Assembly: GCA_963796835.1 (NCBI GenBank)
Contig: CAWCND010000009.1
Span: 38,859-102,858 of the forward strand
Source of the DNA: Candidatus Aminicenantes bacterium
GTDB taxonomy: Bacteria; Acidobacteriota; Aminicenantia; Aminicenantales; Saccharicenantaceae
Reading direction: 5' to 3'
DNA: 64,000 nucleotides
Shown in pieces: positions 1 through 12,840 of the stretch. The notes under the pieces are model-generated. The model was not told where the DNA came from. It ran no database searches and saw nothing but the letters and a program-made list of their open reading frames with translations. Every line of letters begins with the position of its first letter. The stretch's first letter is position 1. A program made the translations under genes and the position numbers.

Positions 1-4
1 TCAT

Positions 5-45
5 GTGACCTCCTTTAAAGCAGGTATTATATAGAAATCTCCCCT
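5..45 (-). promoter_or_regulatory. TATAAT-like -10 element and AAGGAGG Shine-Dalgarno for a minus-strand gene whose ATG sits at positions 4..2 and which runs off the window edge
   Basis: The minus strand reads ...tttctatataatacctgctttaaaggaggtcacATGa. Confidence 0.35.
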
Positions 46-109
46 GATAAAAAAGCAAGAGAAACTGGCCCGGGCGGCGCCTGGGGCCCACCCGGGCCGC
101 CGGTCAGGC

Positions 110-1581
110 CTATTTGCCGGTCTCTCCCGTCATGGGATCCGCGAGCGCGAGCCGGTGGACCTTGCCCAGCTTGTCCAGCGGGCCGGGCCACTTGTCCATG
201 CCTTTGTTGCAGGGCTCCCAGTCGCCGACGATCATGATCACCAGCTTGTCGGGATGGATGTACTTCCGGGCCGCTTCCTGGACTTTGGCCTTCGTCACTG
301 TCTTGACCTTGTCGCGGTAGGTCTTGTAATAGTCCATCGGCCTGCCGGTCATCTCGAGGTTGGCGAAGCTCGACATCGTGATCTGAGGCGTCTGGAAGCT
401 GTCGGCGAAGCTCTCCAGGTAGAAATTGACGGCCGTCTCCATTTCCGCGTCCGTCACAGGTTCCTTCCGGATGCGGTCGAACTCGTCGAGGATGAGCGAA
501 ATCGCGTAGCCGACCGTGGCCGATTTGCTCTGGACGTAGCCGGAGAACGTCCCGGGGAATCCCCAGCGGAACGTGAACCGGCTGCCCTGGTTGTAGGAGA
601 GCCCTTCGTTCGAACGGACCTTCGTGGTGATCCGCGAGGAGAAGCTTCCGCCGCCGAGGATGAAGTTCATGACCTGGACGGCGGAATAGTCGGGGTTGGT
701 GTCCTCGAGGCCCAGGTGGCCAATGCTGATGTAGCCCTGATTGATGGCTTTCTGGATGAAATAGACTCCGGGCTCGGGCGTGGGGAAGGTTCTTGACGAG
801 AGGCCGGGAACTGGACGGCGTGGTTTTTCCAGGCGGCCGACGGCGTTGTTGACCTTGGCCTTGAGGTCGGCCTTGGCGAAATCGCCCGAGGCGGCCAGGA
901 TGATGTTCTTCGGGAAGAAGTACTTGCCGTGGGCGGCCTTGAGGTCGGCCGGCGGTGATCGCCGTCATACGTGGTTTTCGTCGGCTCCCAGGTCAGGGGG
1001 TGGTCGCCGTAGAGGAGCCTCTCGTATTCCCGGTTGAGGACGCCGCTCGGCTGAGTCGTTGGCCTGGCGGAGCTGGTCGAGGGGCGGGCTTTGGCCAGCT
1101 TGACGGGCGTCCTCCCGGAACTCGGGGTTCATGAGGACGTCGAAGAAGATGCCGCAGGCCCTCATCGAGGTCCTTGCTCAGGACGGAAAGGGTCAGCTGG
1201 TCGAGGTCCGCTCGCCCGCCATTGAAGCTCAGCGTGCCGCCGAGGAAATCGATCCGCTCCTCGATGGCCGAGCCCTCCTTGGCTTTGGTCCCGCCCTGGA
1301 TGAGGCGCCGCTCAGGAGCTGCGAGAGCCCTGCTTGTCCTTGGGGACGTCAGGCGCGCCGAAGTTGATGTGGGCCGTGATGTTGACGAGGGCAGGGAGTG
1401 GTCTTCCTGGACGTAGCCGCGCAGCCCGCTGGCGAAGTCCGTCCGGAAGGCCTTCGGATCGGGCGGGTGTATTCAGGGGCGGGTACTTGAGATCGGAAGG
1501 CCGGGGGGCCTGGCCCAGGCCGGAGGCCACGAAAACGAACGCGATGGCCAGGATGGTTGTCAGGGTTTTTTTCATGGTCAT
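110..1581 (-). CDS. M16 family zinc peptidase (pitrilysin/insulinase-like), secreted; split over at least three frames by indels
   Basis: ORF 1312..1581 carries the N-terminal signal peptide (MTMKKTLTTILAIAFVFVASG). ORF 110..670 carries the M16 C-terminal domain. The middle section lies in other frames. Confidence 0.6.
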
Positions 1582-1586
1582 CCTCC

Positions 1587-3120
1587 TTACCGCCCCATCT
1601 TCCTTTTATAGATGGCCGTCAAGCTGTTGTCCTTGACGAAATACTTGGCCGCGACGCGCTTGATGTCGTCGTTCGTCACCTTCTTCACGCTCTCGAGGTC
1701 GTCGATGATCGAGTGCCAGCCGCGGTTGAGCTCGGCCCGGCCGATCCGGCCCGCCAGCCCCATCGTGCTGCCGAGGCTGCGGACGAACATGGCCTCGCTC
1801 CGGTTCTTGGCCTTCTGGATCTCCTCCGGAGTCGCGCCGTCTTTCTTGACCTTATCGATCTCGGACCCAGATCTCCTTCTCCAGGTCCTCGGGCTGGACG
1901 TTCTTGTCGAAGCGCGGCGTCGCGCTGAACTGGAACGAGCCAACGTACCACTGGGGCCGGCTCGAGGCGGAAGCGTTGACGGCCAGCTGCTTGTCTCTGG
2001 ACCAGGATCTTGGGAGCCGTCCCGGTCCCGCCGCCGCCGCCGGCCATGCCGCCGCGGAAGCCGCCTGCCCCGCCGCCGGCGCCGAGGACGTCGGCCAGGA
2101 CCGAGAGGGCCGCCGCGTCGGGATGGCCTTCCTGGGCGTATGGAACATGATCTGGAGGCTGGTCGGCGCCGGGCCCTCCCCGTACATCCGCTTCTCGCTA
2201 TACTGCGGCGGCTCCCCGTCGCGGATGGGCTCGAGGTCCGGGCCCCTGGGGATGCGGCCGAAATATTTCTCGGCCATGGCCGTGATCGCCGCCGGGTCGA
2301 TGTCGCCGACGTAGATCGCGACACAGTTGTTGGGGACATAGTACCTGTTGTGGAAATCGATGAGGTCGGCCTTGGTGATCTTCCGGATGTCGTCCATCCA
2401 GCCGACGACGTCCCAGTGGTAGGGAGACGCGGCGTAAAAGGCGGCGTTGACCTGCTCGTTCGAAGAAGAAGCCCGGCCGGTTCTCGCTCAGCCGCCGCTC
2501 TTCCATGATGACGTCTTTTTCGGAGTAGAACTCGCGGAAATAGGCGTGGAGCATGCGGTCGGACTCGAGGAGCATCTGGAGTTCGACCTTGTTCGACGGC
2601 AGGGTCACGTAGTAGCCCGTGTTCTCGTTGCCGGTCGAGGCGTTGAGGCCCGTGCCGCCGTTCTTCATGTAAAGGTCCAGAGGTCGTCCTTGATGACGTA
2701 GGGCTTTTCGGACGCGATCAGGGCGTCGGCCTGCTTCTGGAGCTCGGCGAGCTTGGCCTGGTCGCCGCCATCGGCCTTCCAGTACTTCTCGTGGTAGATC
2801 TGGCCCATGACCTCGTCGATCTGCTTGTCGATGGCCTGGTCCTTCGCGAAGTCCGTGACGCCCATCATCTCCGTGCCCTTGAACATCATGTGTTCGTGGA
2901 TGTGGGCGATCCCGGTGATCCCCGGCTTCTCGTTGATCGAGCCGACCTTGAAATAAATGTGGCAGACGACGCGGGGGACGCCGGGCTTGATGATCATCAG
3001 GATCTTCATGCCGTTTGCCAGGACGTGCTCCTTCACGTCCAGGTTGACCGCGCCGAAGACGGCGAGGGTCGGGAATGCCAAGAGAGCCAAAAGAGCCAAG
3101 AAAGAACGTTTCATGCGCAA
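1587..3120 (-). CDS. M16 family zinc peptidase (second tandem copy), secreted; multiple frameshifts
   Basis: ORF 2665..3120 has a signal peptide and the inverted zinc motif HIHEHMMFKGTE (HxxEH). ORFs 2198..2668, 1852..2397 and 1587..2339 continue the M16 domains in shifted frames. Confidence 0.65.
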
Positions 3121-3175
3121 ATGCCCCTCCTCTCGAGCTTTCGACGATGCGGGTCGAAAAATATTCCTGGATCCG

Positions 3176-4295
3176 TCACAGATAACGGGCCTTTTTCATT
3201 TTCCGGAGCGTCTCGACGACCTCCCTCACGCGCTGGTCCTGGCTCGAAGAACAGACGAGGAGGGCGTCCCCGGCCTCGACCACGATGAGGTTGCGGACGC
3301 CGACGAGAGCCGTCAGCCGGCCGGGATTGTAAACCAGGCACCGGCGCGAATCGACGGCGAGGCATTCGCCGCGGGCGGCGTTGCCCTCCGGGTCCTTTTT
3401 CCAGATCTCGAAGAGCGAGGACCAGGCGCCGACGTCGGACCAGCCGAAGTCCCCCTCGCAGACGACGACGCCACGGGCCCTCTCCATGAGGGCGTAATCG
3501 ATGGACGTCCGGGGGATCTTCTCGAACACGGCCCGGAGCCCTCTTTTGTCCTTCCTCCTCGAGGGCCTCGATCAGCCGCTTCCAGAGCGTGAAAAGCTCC
3601 GGGGCGGAGCGCTCCAGCTCGGCGGCGAAGACGCCCGCCCGCCAGACGAATATCCCCGAATTCCAGGCGCAGTCGCCCGCCGCAAGGAACCGGCGGGCCA
3701 GCCCGAGACTCGGCTTTTCCCTGAAGGCCCGGACGGGGTAGAAGACTTCCCGGCCGAGCTTTTGGGGCCGGCCCTTCGAGAATTGGATGTAGCCGTACCC
3801 CGTGGCGGGATAGCGCGGACGGATGCCGAAAGTCACGAACGAGGAATTTTCGGCGGCGAAGTCGGCGGCCGCCTTGAGCTTGATGAGGAACTCCTTCGGC
3901 TGCCGGATGAGGTGGTCGGCGGCCAGGACGGCGACGACCGCCTCGGGATTGTCGAGCCAGATCCGGGCCGTCGCCAGTATGAGAGACGGCGCCGTGTTTC
4001 TGGCCAGCGGCTCGACCAGGAAATTCGCCCCGGTCATTTTCGGGAAGAGTTTCCGGAGGGTCCGGGTCTGGCCGGCGTCGGCGACCATCAGCGTCCGCCC
4101 GGCCGGGATGAGGGGACGGATGCGCTCGACCGTTTCCTCGATCATGGACTTCCGGCCTACGATCGGGAGGAATTGTTTCGGCTCCTTGGCCCGGCCGAGC
4201 GGCCAGAACCTGGTCCCGCGGCCCCCGGCCAGGATGAGCGCCCGGAGGTCGACCCCGGCTTTCGCCGGGCCTTTTCGCGCCGCCGCTCTCATCAT
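3176..4295 (-). CDS. manC: Mannose-1-phosphate guanylyltransferase (GDP-mannose pyrophosphorylase); one frameshift near 3535
   Basis: The N-terminal frame (3111..4295) has LILAGGRGTRFWPL and typical ManC blocks. The C-terminal frame (3176..3529) has FEKIPRTSIDYALME and the cupin-like tail. The junction is a +1 indel in an AAAA/GGG run. Confidence 0.8.
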
Positions 4296-5660
4296 GGCCG
4301 CCCGAGCTCCTCGATGGCCCTCTTCAGGACACCCCGGACCTCGGCCTGGATGGCGGCCAGGGCCTCCTCCGTGTCCGCCTCGAACCGCAGGACGATCACG
4401 GCCTGGGTGTTGGACGCCCGGACCAGGCCCCAGCCCGCGGGAAAGATGGCCCGGACGCCGTCGATGTCGATCACTTTATGGTCCGCCGCGAGAACCCTCC
4501 GGACCTCGTCCACGATCCTGAACTTGACCTCGTCGGAGGCGTAAATCCGGATCTCGGGCGTCGCGAAGGTCTTGGGGAAATCGGCCATCATCCCGGAGAG
4601 CCTTTTCGGCGAGCGGGCCAGGATCTCGAGAAGCCTGGCCGAGGAGTAGATGGCGTCATCGAAGCCGAACCAGCGGTCGGCGAAAAAGATGTGGCCGCTC
4701 ATCTCGCCGGCCAGGACCGCTTTCTCCTCCTTGATCTTTTGCTTGATCAGGGAATGTCCGGTCCGCCACATGATGGGCCGCCCGCCGAGCCTGGCGATCT
4801 CATCGTAGAGGACCTTGGACGCCTTGACCTCCGAGATGACCGCCGCCCCCGGGATGGGACGGGAGGATGTCCCGGGCGAAGACGATCATCAGCTGGTCGC
4901 CCCAGATGAGACGTCCCTCGTCATCCACGACACCAAGCCGGTCCGCATCGCCGTCGTAGCCGATCCCCAGGTCGGCCTTGGTCTCGCGGACCGTGCGGAT
5001 GAGGTCCTCCATCGCTTCGGGCAGGGTGGGGTCGGGGTGATGGTTGGGGAAACGCCCGTCCATCTCGCAATAGAGGGGCACGACCTCGCACCCGAGCTTT
5101 TCTAAAAGAGGGACGGCGACGGACCCTCCCGTCCCGTTGCCCGCGTCCACGATGACCTTGAGCCTTTTCGCAAAACGGACCTGCGCCGCCACATAGCTCT
5201 GGTATTCAGGGATGATGTCGAGCGCCCGGGACGAGCCTTTCCCGTCCGCGAAGCGGCCCTTTTGGATGACCGCGAAAATATCCTGGATATGCTGGCCATA
5301 GAGGGTTTCCTCTCCGGACATCATCTTGAAGCCGTTGTACTCCGGCGGGTTGTGGGAGCCCGTGATCATGACCCCGGACTCCATTTTCTTCTCGTAGACG
5401 GAAAAGTAGAGCAGCGGCGTGGGGATGACGCCGAGGTCCGTGACGTCGCGGCCCGTGGAAATGAGCCCGGCCGTCAGGGCGGCGGAAAAGGAGGGCGAAC
5501 TCAGGCGGCAGTCCCGGCCGACGGCCACCTCCTTTTTCCCGCGGTCGGCGAAATAGGTGCCGATGGCCCGGCCCAGGAGGTTGGCGACCCCGTCGTCCAG
5601 GTCCTGACCGACGATCCCCCGGATGTCGTATTCGCGGAAGATCTTGGGGTTGATGTCCAC
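4292..5660 (-). CDS. manB: Phosphomannomutase/phosphoglucomutase; one frameshift near 4800
   Basis: ORF 4800..5660 has TGSHNPPEYNGFK and the GYDGDADR motifs. ORF 4292..4771 carries the PMM C-terminal domain. Confidence 0.8.
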
Positions 5661-5752
5661 GCTTCACTCCTTCCCAGGATGACCGTCCGCTCAGCTCCGG
5701 AGAATATTATTTATCCTGTTTGTTATCATTTAGTTACGACCTTGCTCCCGTC

Positions 5753-7376
5753 TCAGGCCGGGCCCCGTCGGCCGCCCTTCTTGAGACGGTTGGCATAGCT
5801 CGCGGCGATGAACGCCTTGAAGAGCGGGTGCGGGTCGAGCGGCTTGGATTTGAACTCCGGGTGGAACTGGCAGCCGAGGAACCAGGGGTGGCCGGGGACT
5901 TCGATGATCTCGACCAACCCGTAATCCGGGTTCCTCCCCGAGATCACCAGCCCGGCCCGGGCCAGGACATCCTCGAGCTCGGGGTTGAATTCGTAACGGT
6001 GGCGGTGCCGCTCGGAGATCCGGCTCTTCCCATAAGCCTTAAAGGCGAGGGAGCCCTTTTTGAGGTCGCAGCGATAGGCGCCCAGCCGCATGGTGCCCCC
6101 CATGTCGAATTCCTTGCCGAGCTCGCGCCAGCGGACGATGATCTTCTGCGGCGCGTCGGGAACGAACTCGGTGCTGTTCGCCTTCTCGAGCCCGGCCACC
6201 GACCGGGCGAACTCGATGGCGGCGCACTGCATGCCCAGGCAGATCCCGAAGAAGGGGACATCGCTCTCCCGGGCATATGTGGCCGCCCGGATCTTGCCTT
6301 CGATGCCCCGCTTGCCGAAACCGCCCGGGACGAGGATGCCGTCCTTTGCCGCGAGGATCCCGGCCGGATCGCATTCCTCCAGGTCTTCGGCTTCGATCCA
6401 GTCGATGTTGACCTTGAGGCGGTTGGCTATGCCGCCGTGGATGAGGGCCTGGTTCAGGCTCATGTAGGCGTCGTGGAGCCCCGCGTACTTCCCGACGAGG
6501 CCGATGTCCACCTCGTCCTTCGGGTTCTTGATCCGGTCCACCAGGACCTCCCAGCGGGAGAGGTTCTTTTTGCTTCGGGGCAGATGGAGCATCCGGAGGA
6601 TGATGGCGTCCAGGCCCTCGGCGGCGAAATTGAGGGGGATCTCATAGATGCTCTGAACGTCGCGGGCGGTGATGACGGCCTCGACCGGGACGTTGGTGAA
6701 AAGGGCGATCTTCGACTTGATGTCCTGGGTGAGCGGCCGGCCGGTCCGGCAGAGGAGGATGTCGGGCTGGATGCCGATCGCCCGGAGCTCCTTGACGCTG
6801 TGCTGGGTCGGCTTGGTCTTGAGCTCCCCCGACGTCCCGATGGCCGGGATGAGGGTCAAGTGAACGAAGATCGCGTTGTCGGCGCCCGAGGGCCAGCCTC
6901 ATCTGCCGCGTCGCTTCGAGGAAGGGGAGGCTCTCGATGTCGCCCACAGTGCCTCCGATCTCACAGATAACGATATGGTTGCGGTCGGCCACGGCGTGAA
7001 AGGCCTTCTTGATCTCGTCCGTCACGTGGGGGATCACCTGGACCGTCTTGCCCAGGTACTCCCCTTTCCGCTCCTTGCGGATGAGCGACTCGTAGACCTT
7101 GCCTGCGGTCCAGTTGTGGGCCCGCGTCGTCTTGCCCGAGGTGAAGCGCTCGTAGTGCCCGAGGTCGAGGTCGGTTTCCGCGCCGTCGTCGGTCACGTAG
7201 ACTTCGCCGTGCTGGAAGGGGCTCATGGTCCCGGGATCCACGTTGAGGTAAGGGTCGAACTTCTGGATCGTTATCTTATAACCGTGGTTCTCGAGGAGCA
7301 TCCCCATGGAGGCCGCCGCGATGCCTTTCCCCAGCCCGGAAATGACCCCGCCCGTGACAAAAATATACTTGCTCAT
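5753..7376 (-). CDS. pyrG: CTP synthase; one frameshift (extra C in a GCGCC run near 6875)
   Basis: ORF 6642..7376 has the N-terminal synthetase domain ([32 protein letters not shown]). ORF 5753..6859 has [20 protein letters not shown] and the glutamine amidotransferase domain (GICLGMQ). Confidence 0.9.
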
Positions 7377-7488
7377 CGAACCGCCTCGACCGGAATTGAT
7401 TCCCTCCGATTATATCCTTCGGGCCGTCCGCACTCAAGAGCGGCGAGCGGTTTTTTTCTGACCTCGCGGGCCGCATAATACGATATTA

Positions 7489-7506
7489 TTATAGGAATTA
7501 TAGGAA
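7489..7506 (-). promoter_or_regulatory. Tandem TATAAT -10-like hexamers (9 bp direct repeat TTATAGGAA x2 on the plus strand) in an AT-rich island upstream of pyrG
   Basis: The minus strand reads ttcctataattcctataataatat. This is an AT-rich island in a GC-rich genome immediately 5' of pyrG. Confidence 0.4.
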
Positions 7507-7559
7507 TAGTAAGAATTAAGTGGCGGAACGCCCAGGGCCGGGCGACGTCCCGGAGAGCC

Positions 7560-7976
7560 TCAAGATCTGTTGCCGGCCTGCTCCTTGGCCCCTGGTGCTG
7601 ACGTGCCGGCCGCTGACGCGCCGGCCGGAGCCGCCTGAGTCTGGCAGGTGGCCTCGAGGAAAGCGCCTTCCGCGACGATCAGCCGCGGAGAGGTGACCGT
7701 CCCGAAAACGCGGCCCTTGTTGTGGATCTCGATCCGGTCGCTCGCCTCGAGATGGCCGCGGACCTCTCCGTTGATGACGAGTTGACCCACTTTGACGTCC
7801 GCCTCCACCCTGCCTTTCTCGCCGACAACGAGAAGGGCGTCCGAGGTGATGGTCCCCTTGAAGGATCCCTCGATCCTGAAGGACCCTTTGAAGACCAGGT
7901 CGCCCTTGAAATCCGACTCAATATCGATCAGCCCGGCCAGCCTTGATTCGTTGAGCTCTCTCGGCTTGTCTTTCAT
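7560..7976 (-). CDS. Bactofilin family cytoskeletal protein
   Basis: Repetitive beta-helical bactofilin (DUF583) pattern: GSFRIEGSFKGTI..., VINGEVRGHLEASDRIEI. The gene sits directly downstream of parB. Confidence 0.8.
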   Translation of the reverse strand: MKDKPRELNESRLAGLIDIESDFKGDLVFKGSFRIEGSFKGTITSDALLVVGEKGRVEADVKVGQLVINGEVRGHLEASDRIEIHNKGRVFGTVTSPRLIVAEGAFLEATCQTQAAPAGASAAGTSAPGAKEQAGNRS

Positions 7977-8821
7977 GAGGAGGCTCCTTTAACCCTATCG
8001 TAAATCCGGTTGAGGTCATCCAGGGAAAAATAGAAGATCTTCAGGACACCTTTCGTCCGGCTGCCTGAGATCAGAACTTTCGTGCCCAAGATCTTGAGCA
8101 TCTCCTCTTGGAGGGCGCGAAGGTCGGGGTCCTCGAGGTGGCGCTGGGTCCGAGGAGGCCTCTCTTTCAGCCTGTTCACGAGCTTCTCCGTGTTCCGGAC
8201 CGAGAGTTCCTTGTCGACAACCTGGCGGCAAGCGAAGAGCTGGGCCGAGGCCTCCTCAAGGGCAAGCAAGGCCCGGGCGTGTCCCATCGAGATCGTCCCG
8301 TCGTTGACATGGTCCTGGATCTCCTGGGGCAACTTTAGGAGCCGGACGTAGTTCGTCACTGAAGTCCTATCTTTCCCCACTTTGTCCGCGACTTCCTGTT
8401 GTGTGTACCCTTGCTCGTCCATGAGGCGCTGGTACGCCTGGGCGATCTCGAGGGGATTCAGCTCCTCCCGGTGGATGTTTTCGATGAGCGAGATCTCCAG
8501 TTGTTTCTCCCTGGGGACGTTGCGGATGAGGACCGGGATCTTCCTCAGCCCGGCCTTCTGGGCCGCGCGCCATCGCCTCTCTCCGACGATGATCTTGTAA
8601 TGATCCTCTTCCGGCGTCACGAGGACGGGCTGGACGACCCCTGATTCCCTGATCGATTGGGCCAGCTCCTCGATGGATTTGTCGTCGAACTTCATCCGGG
8701 GTTGAAAGGGGTTGGGCTTGATCTCGTCGATCTCGACCTCGGCGAACCTCTCATCCTTCAAAATGCTGAATTCATCGGGGATGAAGGCTCCCAGGCCTTT
8801 TCCCAGGGCTTTTTTGCTCAT
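7973..8821 (-). CDS. parB: Chromosome partitioning protein ParB/Spo0J
   Basis: ParB box motifs are present ([26 protein letters not shown], helix-turn-helix). Confidence 0.9.
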   Translation of the reverse strand: MSKKALGKGLGAFIPDEFSILKDERFAEVEIDEIKPNPFQPRMKFDDKSIEELAQSIRESGVVQPVLVTPEEDHYKIIVGERRWRAAQKAGLRKIPVLIRNVPREKQLEISLIENIHREELNPLEIAQAYQRLMDEQGYTQQEVADKVGKDRTSVTNYVRLLKLPQEIQDHVNDGTISMGHARALLALEEASAQLFACRQVVDKELSVRNTEKLVNRLKERPPRTQRHLEDPDLRALQEEMLKILGTKVLISGSRTKGVLKIFYFSLDDLNRIYDRVKGASS

Positions 8822-9573
8822 TTCTGCAGGATCTCCTCTGCGAGTTTTAAATAGGCCTCGGCTCCCTTGGACTTTATATCATAAAGAACGATAGGCTTGC
8901 CAAAGCTCGGCGCCTCGGCCAGGCGAATATTTCGCGGGATGACCGTTTCGAAGAGGATGTGCTTGAGCGATCTTCTGACCTCATCCGCCACCTGCTTGGA
9001 GAGATTTGTCCGCTCGTCGTACATCGTCAGCAGGATCCCTTCGACGGCCAGCCTGGGGTTGAAATACGTCCGGACGGTCTCGAGCGTCTGGAAAAGGTCC
9101 GGGATCCCTTCCATGCAGAAGAATTCCGTCTGGACCGGGATGATCAGCGAATCGGCGGCCGTCAGAGCGTTGATGGTCAGGAAGCCGAGAGATGGAGGGC
9201 AATCAATGAGGATAAAATTGAAATATCTGCGGATCTTTTCGACAGCTTCCATGAGCCTTTTTTCCCTCCGCTCGGAGGTAAAAAGCTCGGCCTCGGCCCC
9301 GGATAGCTCTGGAGAGCATGGGCAAAGGTAAAAGTTGTCCAATTCGCATCCCGAGATGCATTCCATCAGGTCCGTCCCGTTCATCAGACCCTGATAAACG
9401 CCCTTGCCGGGTTCCTTTGGCTTGGCCAGTCCGAGCGTCGACATCCCCTGGGGGTCAAGATCCACGAGCAGGACCCTTTTGTTCTTGAGCGCCAGGCAGG
9501 CTGAGAGGTTTATCGCGGTGGTTGTCTTCCCAACCCCGCCCTTCTGATTGGCGACCGCGATGATCTTATTCAT
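8818..9573 (-). CDS. parA: Chromosome partitioning ATPase ParA/Soj
   Basis: The protein begins [23 protein letters not shown] with a deviant Walker A motif. The likely start is the MNK codon, internal to ORF 8818..9606. Confidence 0.9.
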   Translation of the reverse strand: MNKIIAVANQKGGVGKTTTAINLSACLALKNKRVLLVDLDPQGMSTLGLAKPKEPGKGVYQGLMNGTDLMECISGCELDNFYLCPCSPELSGAEAELFTSERREKRLMEAVEKIRRYFNFILIDCPPSLGFLTINALTAADSLIIPVQTEFFCMEGIPDLFQTLETVRTYFNPRLAVEGILLTMYDERTNLSKQVADEVRRSLKHILFETVIPRNIRLAEAPSFGKPIVLYDIKSKGAEAYLKLAEEILQK

Positions 9574-11449
9574 CTTCTGGTTCAGGCCATGTTTCACGTG
9601 GAACATCGGCGCCCAGGCGGGCCTTTTTCCTCTGGACTTCCAGATAAAGGTCGACGTTATGTATGGCGGCCGGAGTCATTCCGGGGATCTTTCTGGCGTC
9701 GCCCAGCGTCCCGGGCCTCAGCTTCTCGAGCTTCTCGATGGCCTCCCGGGTAAGGCCGGGCACTTGTTTGAAATCAAGCTTCACAGGGATCCTGGTCCGG
9801 TCCGTTCTTGCGCTCCCGGCAATCTCCTTCTCCTGCTTCCTGATATAACCCTCGTATTTTATTTCCGATTCTATGAACCTCATGCTCTCGCTGCTCAGAT
9901 CTTCGCTGAATTTACCATATTCTAGCACATTTTTAAGGGTATTCTCGGGTTTTTTTAATTGATCGAACAAAGAAATCGTCTTCCCTGAACCGGATTTTGT
10001 CCTTTTTACCCTCAAGAACTTGATGACTCTATCTATTTTGTCCCATTTTCTCAGGGATTTGTCCCAATCGTCCGGCCTGATCAGCCCAAGCTCATGGCCG
10101 TACTTCATGAGCCGCCTGTCCGCGTTATCGATCCGGAGGATAAGCCTGTGCTCAGCCCGCGAAGTGAAAAGCCGGTATGGCTCCTCGACGCCTCGGGTGA
10201 CCAGATCGTCAATGAGCACCCCGATGTAGGCTTCGCCCCTTCCCAATATGAACGGCTTTTTCCCCATGATCTGGAGCCCGGCGTTGATCCCGGCCATGAG
10301 CCCCTGGGCAGCCGCTTCTTCGTAACCGGAAGTCCCGTTGATCTGCCCAGCTAGGTACAGCCCCTTGATCTTCCTTGTTTCGAGGGTATGGAGAAGCTCG
10401 GTAGGGGAGACGGCGTCGTATTCGATCCCGTAGGCTGGCCGCAGGACTTTGGCCCTTTCTAAGCCGGGAATCGTGGCCAGGATCTCCTTCTGGACCTCAA
10501 ATGGAAGGCTCGAGGACATCCCGTTGACATAGGTTTCCGCTGTTTCAAGCCCCTCAGGCTCCAAGAAGAACTGGTGGCGGGCATGATGGGGGAACTTGAC
10601 CACCTTGTCTTCGATGGAGGGGCAGTAGCGGGGTCCGATGCCTGTTATCTTTCCGCTGTACAGGGGAGATTTATCCAGGTTCTTGCGGATCACGGCGTGG
10701 GTTTGGTCGTTCGTATATCCCATATGGCAGAGGACCTTATTTTCGACCGGATTCCGGGTCCGGAAGGAAAAGGGCACGGGCTCGTCGTCCCCCGGTTGCG
10801 CCGTGAAGATCTCCCAGTCGATCGTGTTGCGGTCGAGGCGCATGGGAGTGCCGGTTTTCAGCCGGATCCCCCTCAGGCCCATTCTTTTCAACGCCCCTGC
10901 CAGCTCGACGGAAGGCGGTTCGTTGGCCCGTCCGGCCGGATAGCTTTCGAGCCCGATGTGGATGAGCCCGTTGAGAAAGGTCCCCGGGGTCAGGATGACC
11001 GCCCGGCTGTCAAGGGCCGTCCCGTCCAGGGTCCGGATACCCAAGGCCCGGCCTCCCTTGACGACGATATCGGAGACAATGCCCTGGAAGACCGTCAGGC
11101 CGGGAATTCCCTCAAGACGGCGTTTCATGGCCAGCCGGTAGCGGGCCTTGTCGCATTGGGCCCTGGGGGCCTGGACCGCTCCTCCCCGGCTCCGGTTGAG
11201 GAGCCGGAATTGGATGCCCGTCTCGTCCGTCATCTCCCCCATCAGCCCCCCCAAGGCGTCGATCTCGCGAACAAGGTGACCTTTGGCCAGGCCGCCGATG
11301 GCCGGATTACAGGACATCTGGGCGATCGTATCGAGGTGGATCGTGACCAGACAGGCCCTGAGGCCCATGGCGCAAATGGCGGCCGCCGCTTCGCAGCCGG
11401 CGTGGCCGGCCCCGACCACGATAACATCGTAACTCTGGACGTTCTTCAT
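9566..11449 (-). CDS. mnmG: tRNA uridine 5-carboxymethylaminomethyl modification enzyme MnmG (GidA)
   Basis: The protein begins [16 protein letters not shown] with an FAD-binding site. The 627 aa GidA family architecture is conserved. Confidence 0.95.
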   Translation of the reverse strand: MKNVQSYDVIVVGAGHAGCEAAAAICAMGLRACLVTIHLDTIAQMSCNPAIGGLAKGHLVREIDALGGLMGEMTDETGIQFRLLNRSRGGAVQAPRAQCDKARYRLAMKRRLEGIPGLTVFQGIVSDIVVKGGRALGIRTLDGTALDSRAVILTPGTFLNGLIHIGLESYPAGRANEPPSVELAGALKRMGLRGIRLKTGTPMRLDRNTIDWEIFTAQPGDDEPVPFSFRTRNPVENKVLCHMGYTNDQTHAVIRKNLDKSPLYSGKITGIGPRYCPSIEDKVVKFPHHARHQFFLEPEGLETAETYVNGMSSSLPFEVQKEILATIPGLERAKVLRPAYGIEYDAVSPTELLHTLETRKIKGLYLAGQINGTSGYEEAAAQGLMAGINAGLQIMGKKPFILGRGEAYIGVLIDDLVTRGVEEPYRLFTSRAEHRLILRIDNADRRLMKYGHELGLIRPDDWDKSLRKWDKIDRVIKFLRVKRTKSGSGKTISLFDQLKKPENTLKNVLEYGKFSEDLSSESMRFIESEIKYEGYIRKQEKEIAGSARTDRTRIPVKLDFKQVPGLTREAIEKLEKLRPGTLGDARKIPGMTPAAIHNVDLYLEVQRKKARLGADVPRETWPEPEDE

Positions 11450-11457
11450 CCGCCCGC

Positions 11458-12840
11458 CTATTTTCCTACGCAGAAACGATCAAAGATCTCGGCCATGACG
11501 TCGTCCGACCTGATCTCTCCCGTCAGCCTCCCGAACAGGGAGATCGCTCTCCTGAGCTCCTCGACGTATGTCTCCTCCGTATGCCCGGCCTCGAGCAGCC
11601 GGCCGGCTTCGCGGAGCGCCTCCCTGATGTCGAGGAGGATGTCCTTCTGCCTCGCATGGAGGATCACCTCCTCCCCGGCATCGACCGGAGGGACGAACGC
11701 CCGGCGTATCTCCGCCCTCAGCTTATCCAGATTCGTCCCCTTGAGGGCGGAGACTTCAATGAGAAGGACACTTCCCGACTGGGCCCGGAGCCTCTGCTTG
11801 TCGATCCGGCAGGGAAGGTCGGATTTGTTGAGGACCAGGAGGGATTTTTTCTCTCTGAATCTCATGATCAGCCGATCGTCTTCATCGCTTTCCGGCCTGG
11901 ACCTATCGAGGACGATGAGGAGGCCGTCGGCCTGCCGGGCAATCTTTTGTCCCATGAGGATCCCCTTTTTCTCGACCGGATGGGCGGGTTTTCCCAGGCC
12001 GGCCATGTCCACGAGGTGGAAGACGAGGTCGTCGATGACAATCTCCTCCCTGAGGTAATCCCTGGTCGTCCCCGGATAAGGGGTCACGATAGCCCTGTCT
12101 TCTTCGAGAAGAGCGTTGAACAGAGTCGACTTTCCGACGTTCGTCCGCCCGGTGATTGCCAGCGTTAGCCCTTCGTTTAGGGCCTTTCCCGCCTGGAAGC
12201 TTGCAATGAGCCTCTCCAGTCCGGCCATCAGGGCCTCCAAAACCTTGCTCTGCCTGGCCGGTGTCGTCCTCAGACCCTCTTCTGGGAATTCGATCCCGGC
12301 TTCCACCTGGGCGACCAGGCGGACGAGGTCCGACCTGAAGCCACGGATCTTCCTTGAAAGACCCCCCGAAAGTTGCCGGGACGAGATCCGCGCCTGGGTC
12401 AGGGACGCCGCCCGGATGAGATCGTTGACGGCTTCTGCCTGGACGATATCCAAGCGGCCGTTGACATAGGCCCTGAGGGTGAATTCCCCCTGGCGGGCGG
12501 GCCTCGCTCCGGCCTGTACGCCCAGCCGGACGGCCTCCTCGAGGACGACAGGGCTCCCATGGCAGCTCAGTTCGACCACGTCCTCCCGGGTGTAGGAATG
12601 AGGGGCCTTGTAATAGGTCATAAAGGCCTCGTCGAGGACCTCTTTTCTCGAGCGGTCGATCAAATTACCCAAGACGGGACGCCTGACGGGAAAATCGCGG
12701 CCATGGCCGCGGCCGCTGCCCCCGCCAGGCTTGAAGACCCTTCCGGCCACCGCCAGGGCCTTTTTTCCGCTGATCCGGACGATCCCAAGACCACCGATCC
12801 CGGGAGGGGTCGATATGGCAATGATCGTGTCTTCGAGCAT
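11458..12840 (-). CDS. mnmE: tRNA modification GTPase MnmE (TrmE)
   Basis: Contains the G-domain motifs [10 protein letters not shown] and DMAGL, and the C-terminal CxGK motif (FCVGK). Confidence 0.9.
   Translation of the reverse strand: MLEDTIIAISTPPGIGGLGIVRISGKKALAVAGRVFKPGGGSGRGHGRDFPVRRPVLGNLIDRSRKEVLDEAFMTYYKAPHSYTREDVVELSCHGSPVVLEEAVRLGVQAGARPARQGEFTLRAYVNGRLDIVQAEAVNDLIRAASLTQARISSRQLSGGLSRKIRGFRSDLVRLVAQVEAGIEFPEEGLRTTPARQSKVLEALMAGLERLIASFQAGKALNEGLTLAITGRTNVGKSTLFNALLEEDRAIVTPYPGTTRDYLREEIVIDDLVFHLVDMAGLGKPAHPVEKKGILMGQKIARQADGLLIVLDRSRPESDEDDRLIMRFREKKSLLVLNKSDLPCRIDKQRLRAQSGSVLLIEVSALKGTNLDKLRAEIRRAFVPPVDAGEEVILHARQKDILLDIREALREAGRLLEAGHTEETYVEELRRAISLFGRLTGEIRSDDVMAEIFDRFCVGK

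Noticed and set aside
27-968. A long 313 aa minus-strand ORF (and many other 100-400 aa ORFs rich in R/G/P/A, for example 3501..4544, 5720..6970, 24786..26957, 33712..35625)
   Set aside because: These overlap real genes in alternative frames. The biased Arg/Gly/Pro composition is typical of shadow ORFs in 65% GC DNA. They have no homology patterns or RBS.
7474-7485. 12-mer ATAATACGATAT shared between the pyrG upstream region (7474) and the fmdB promoter (44052)
   Set aside because: It is in opposite orientation relative to the downstream gene in the two places. It is probably a coincidental match of AT-rich -10-like sequence.
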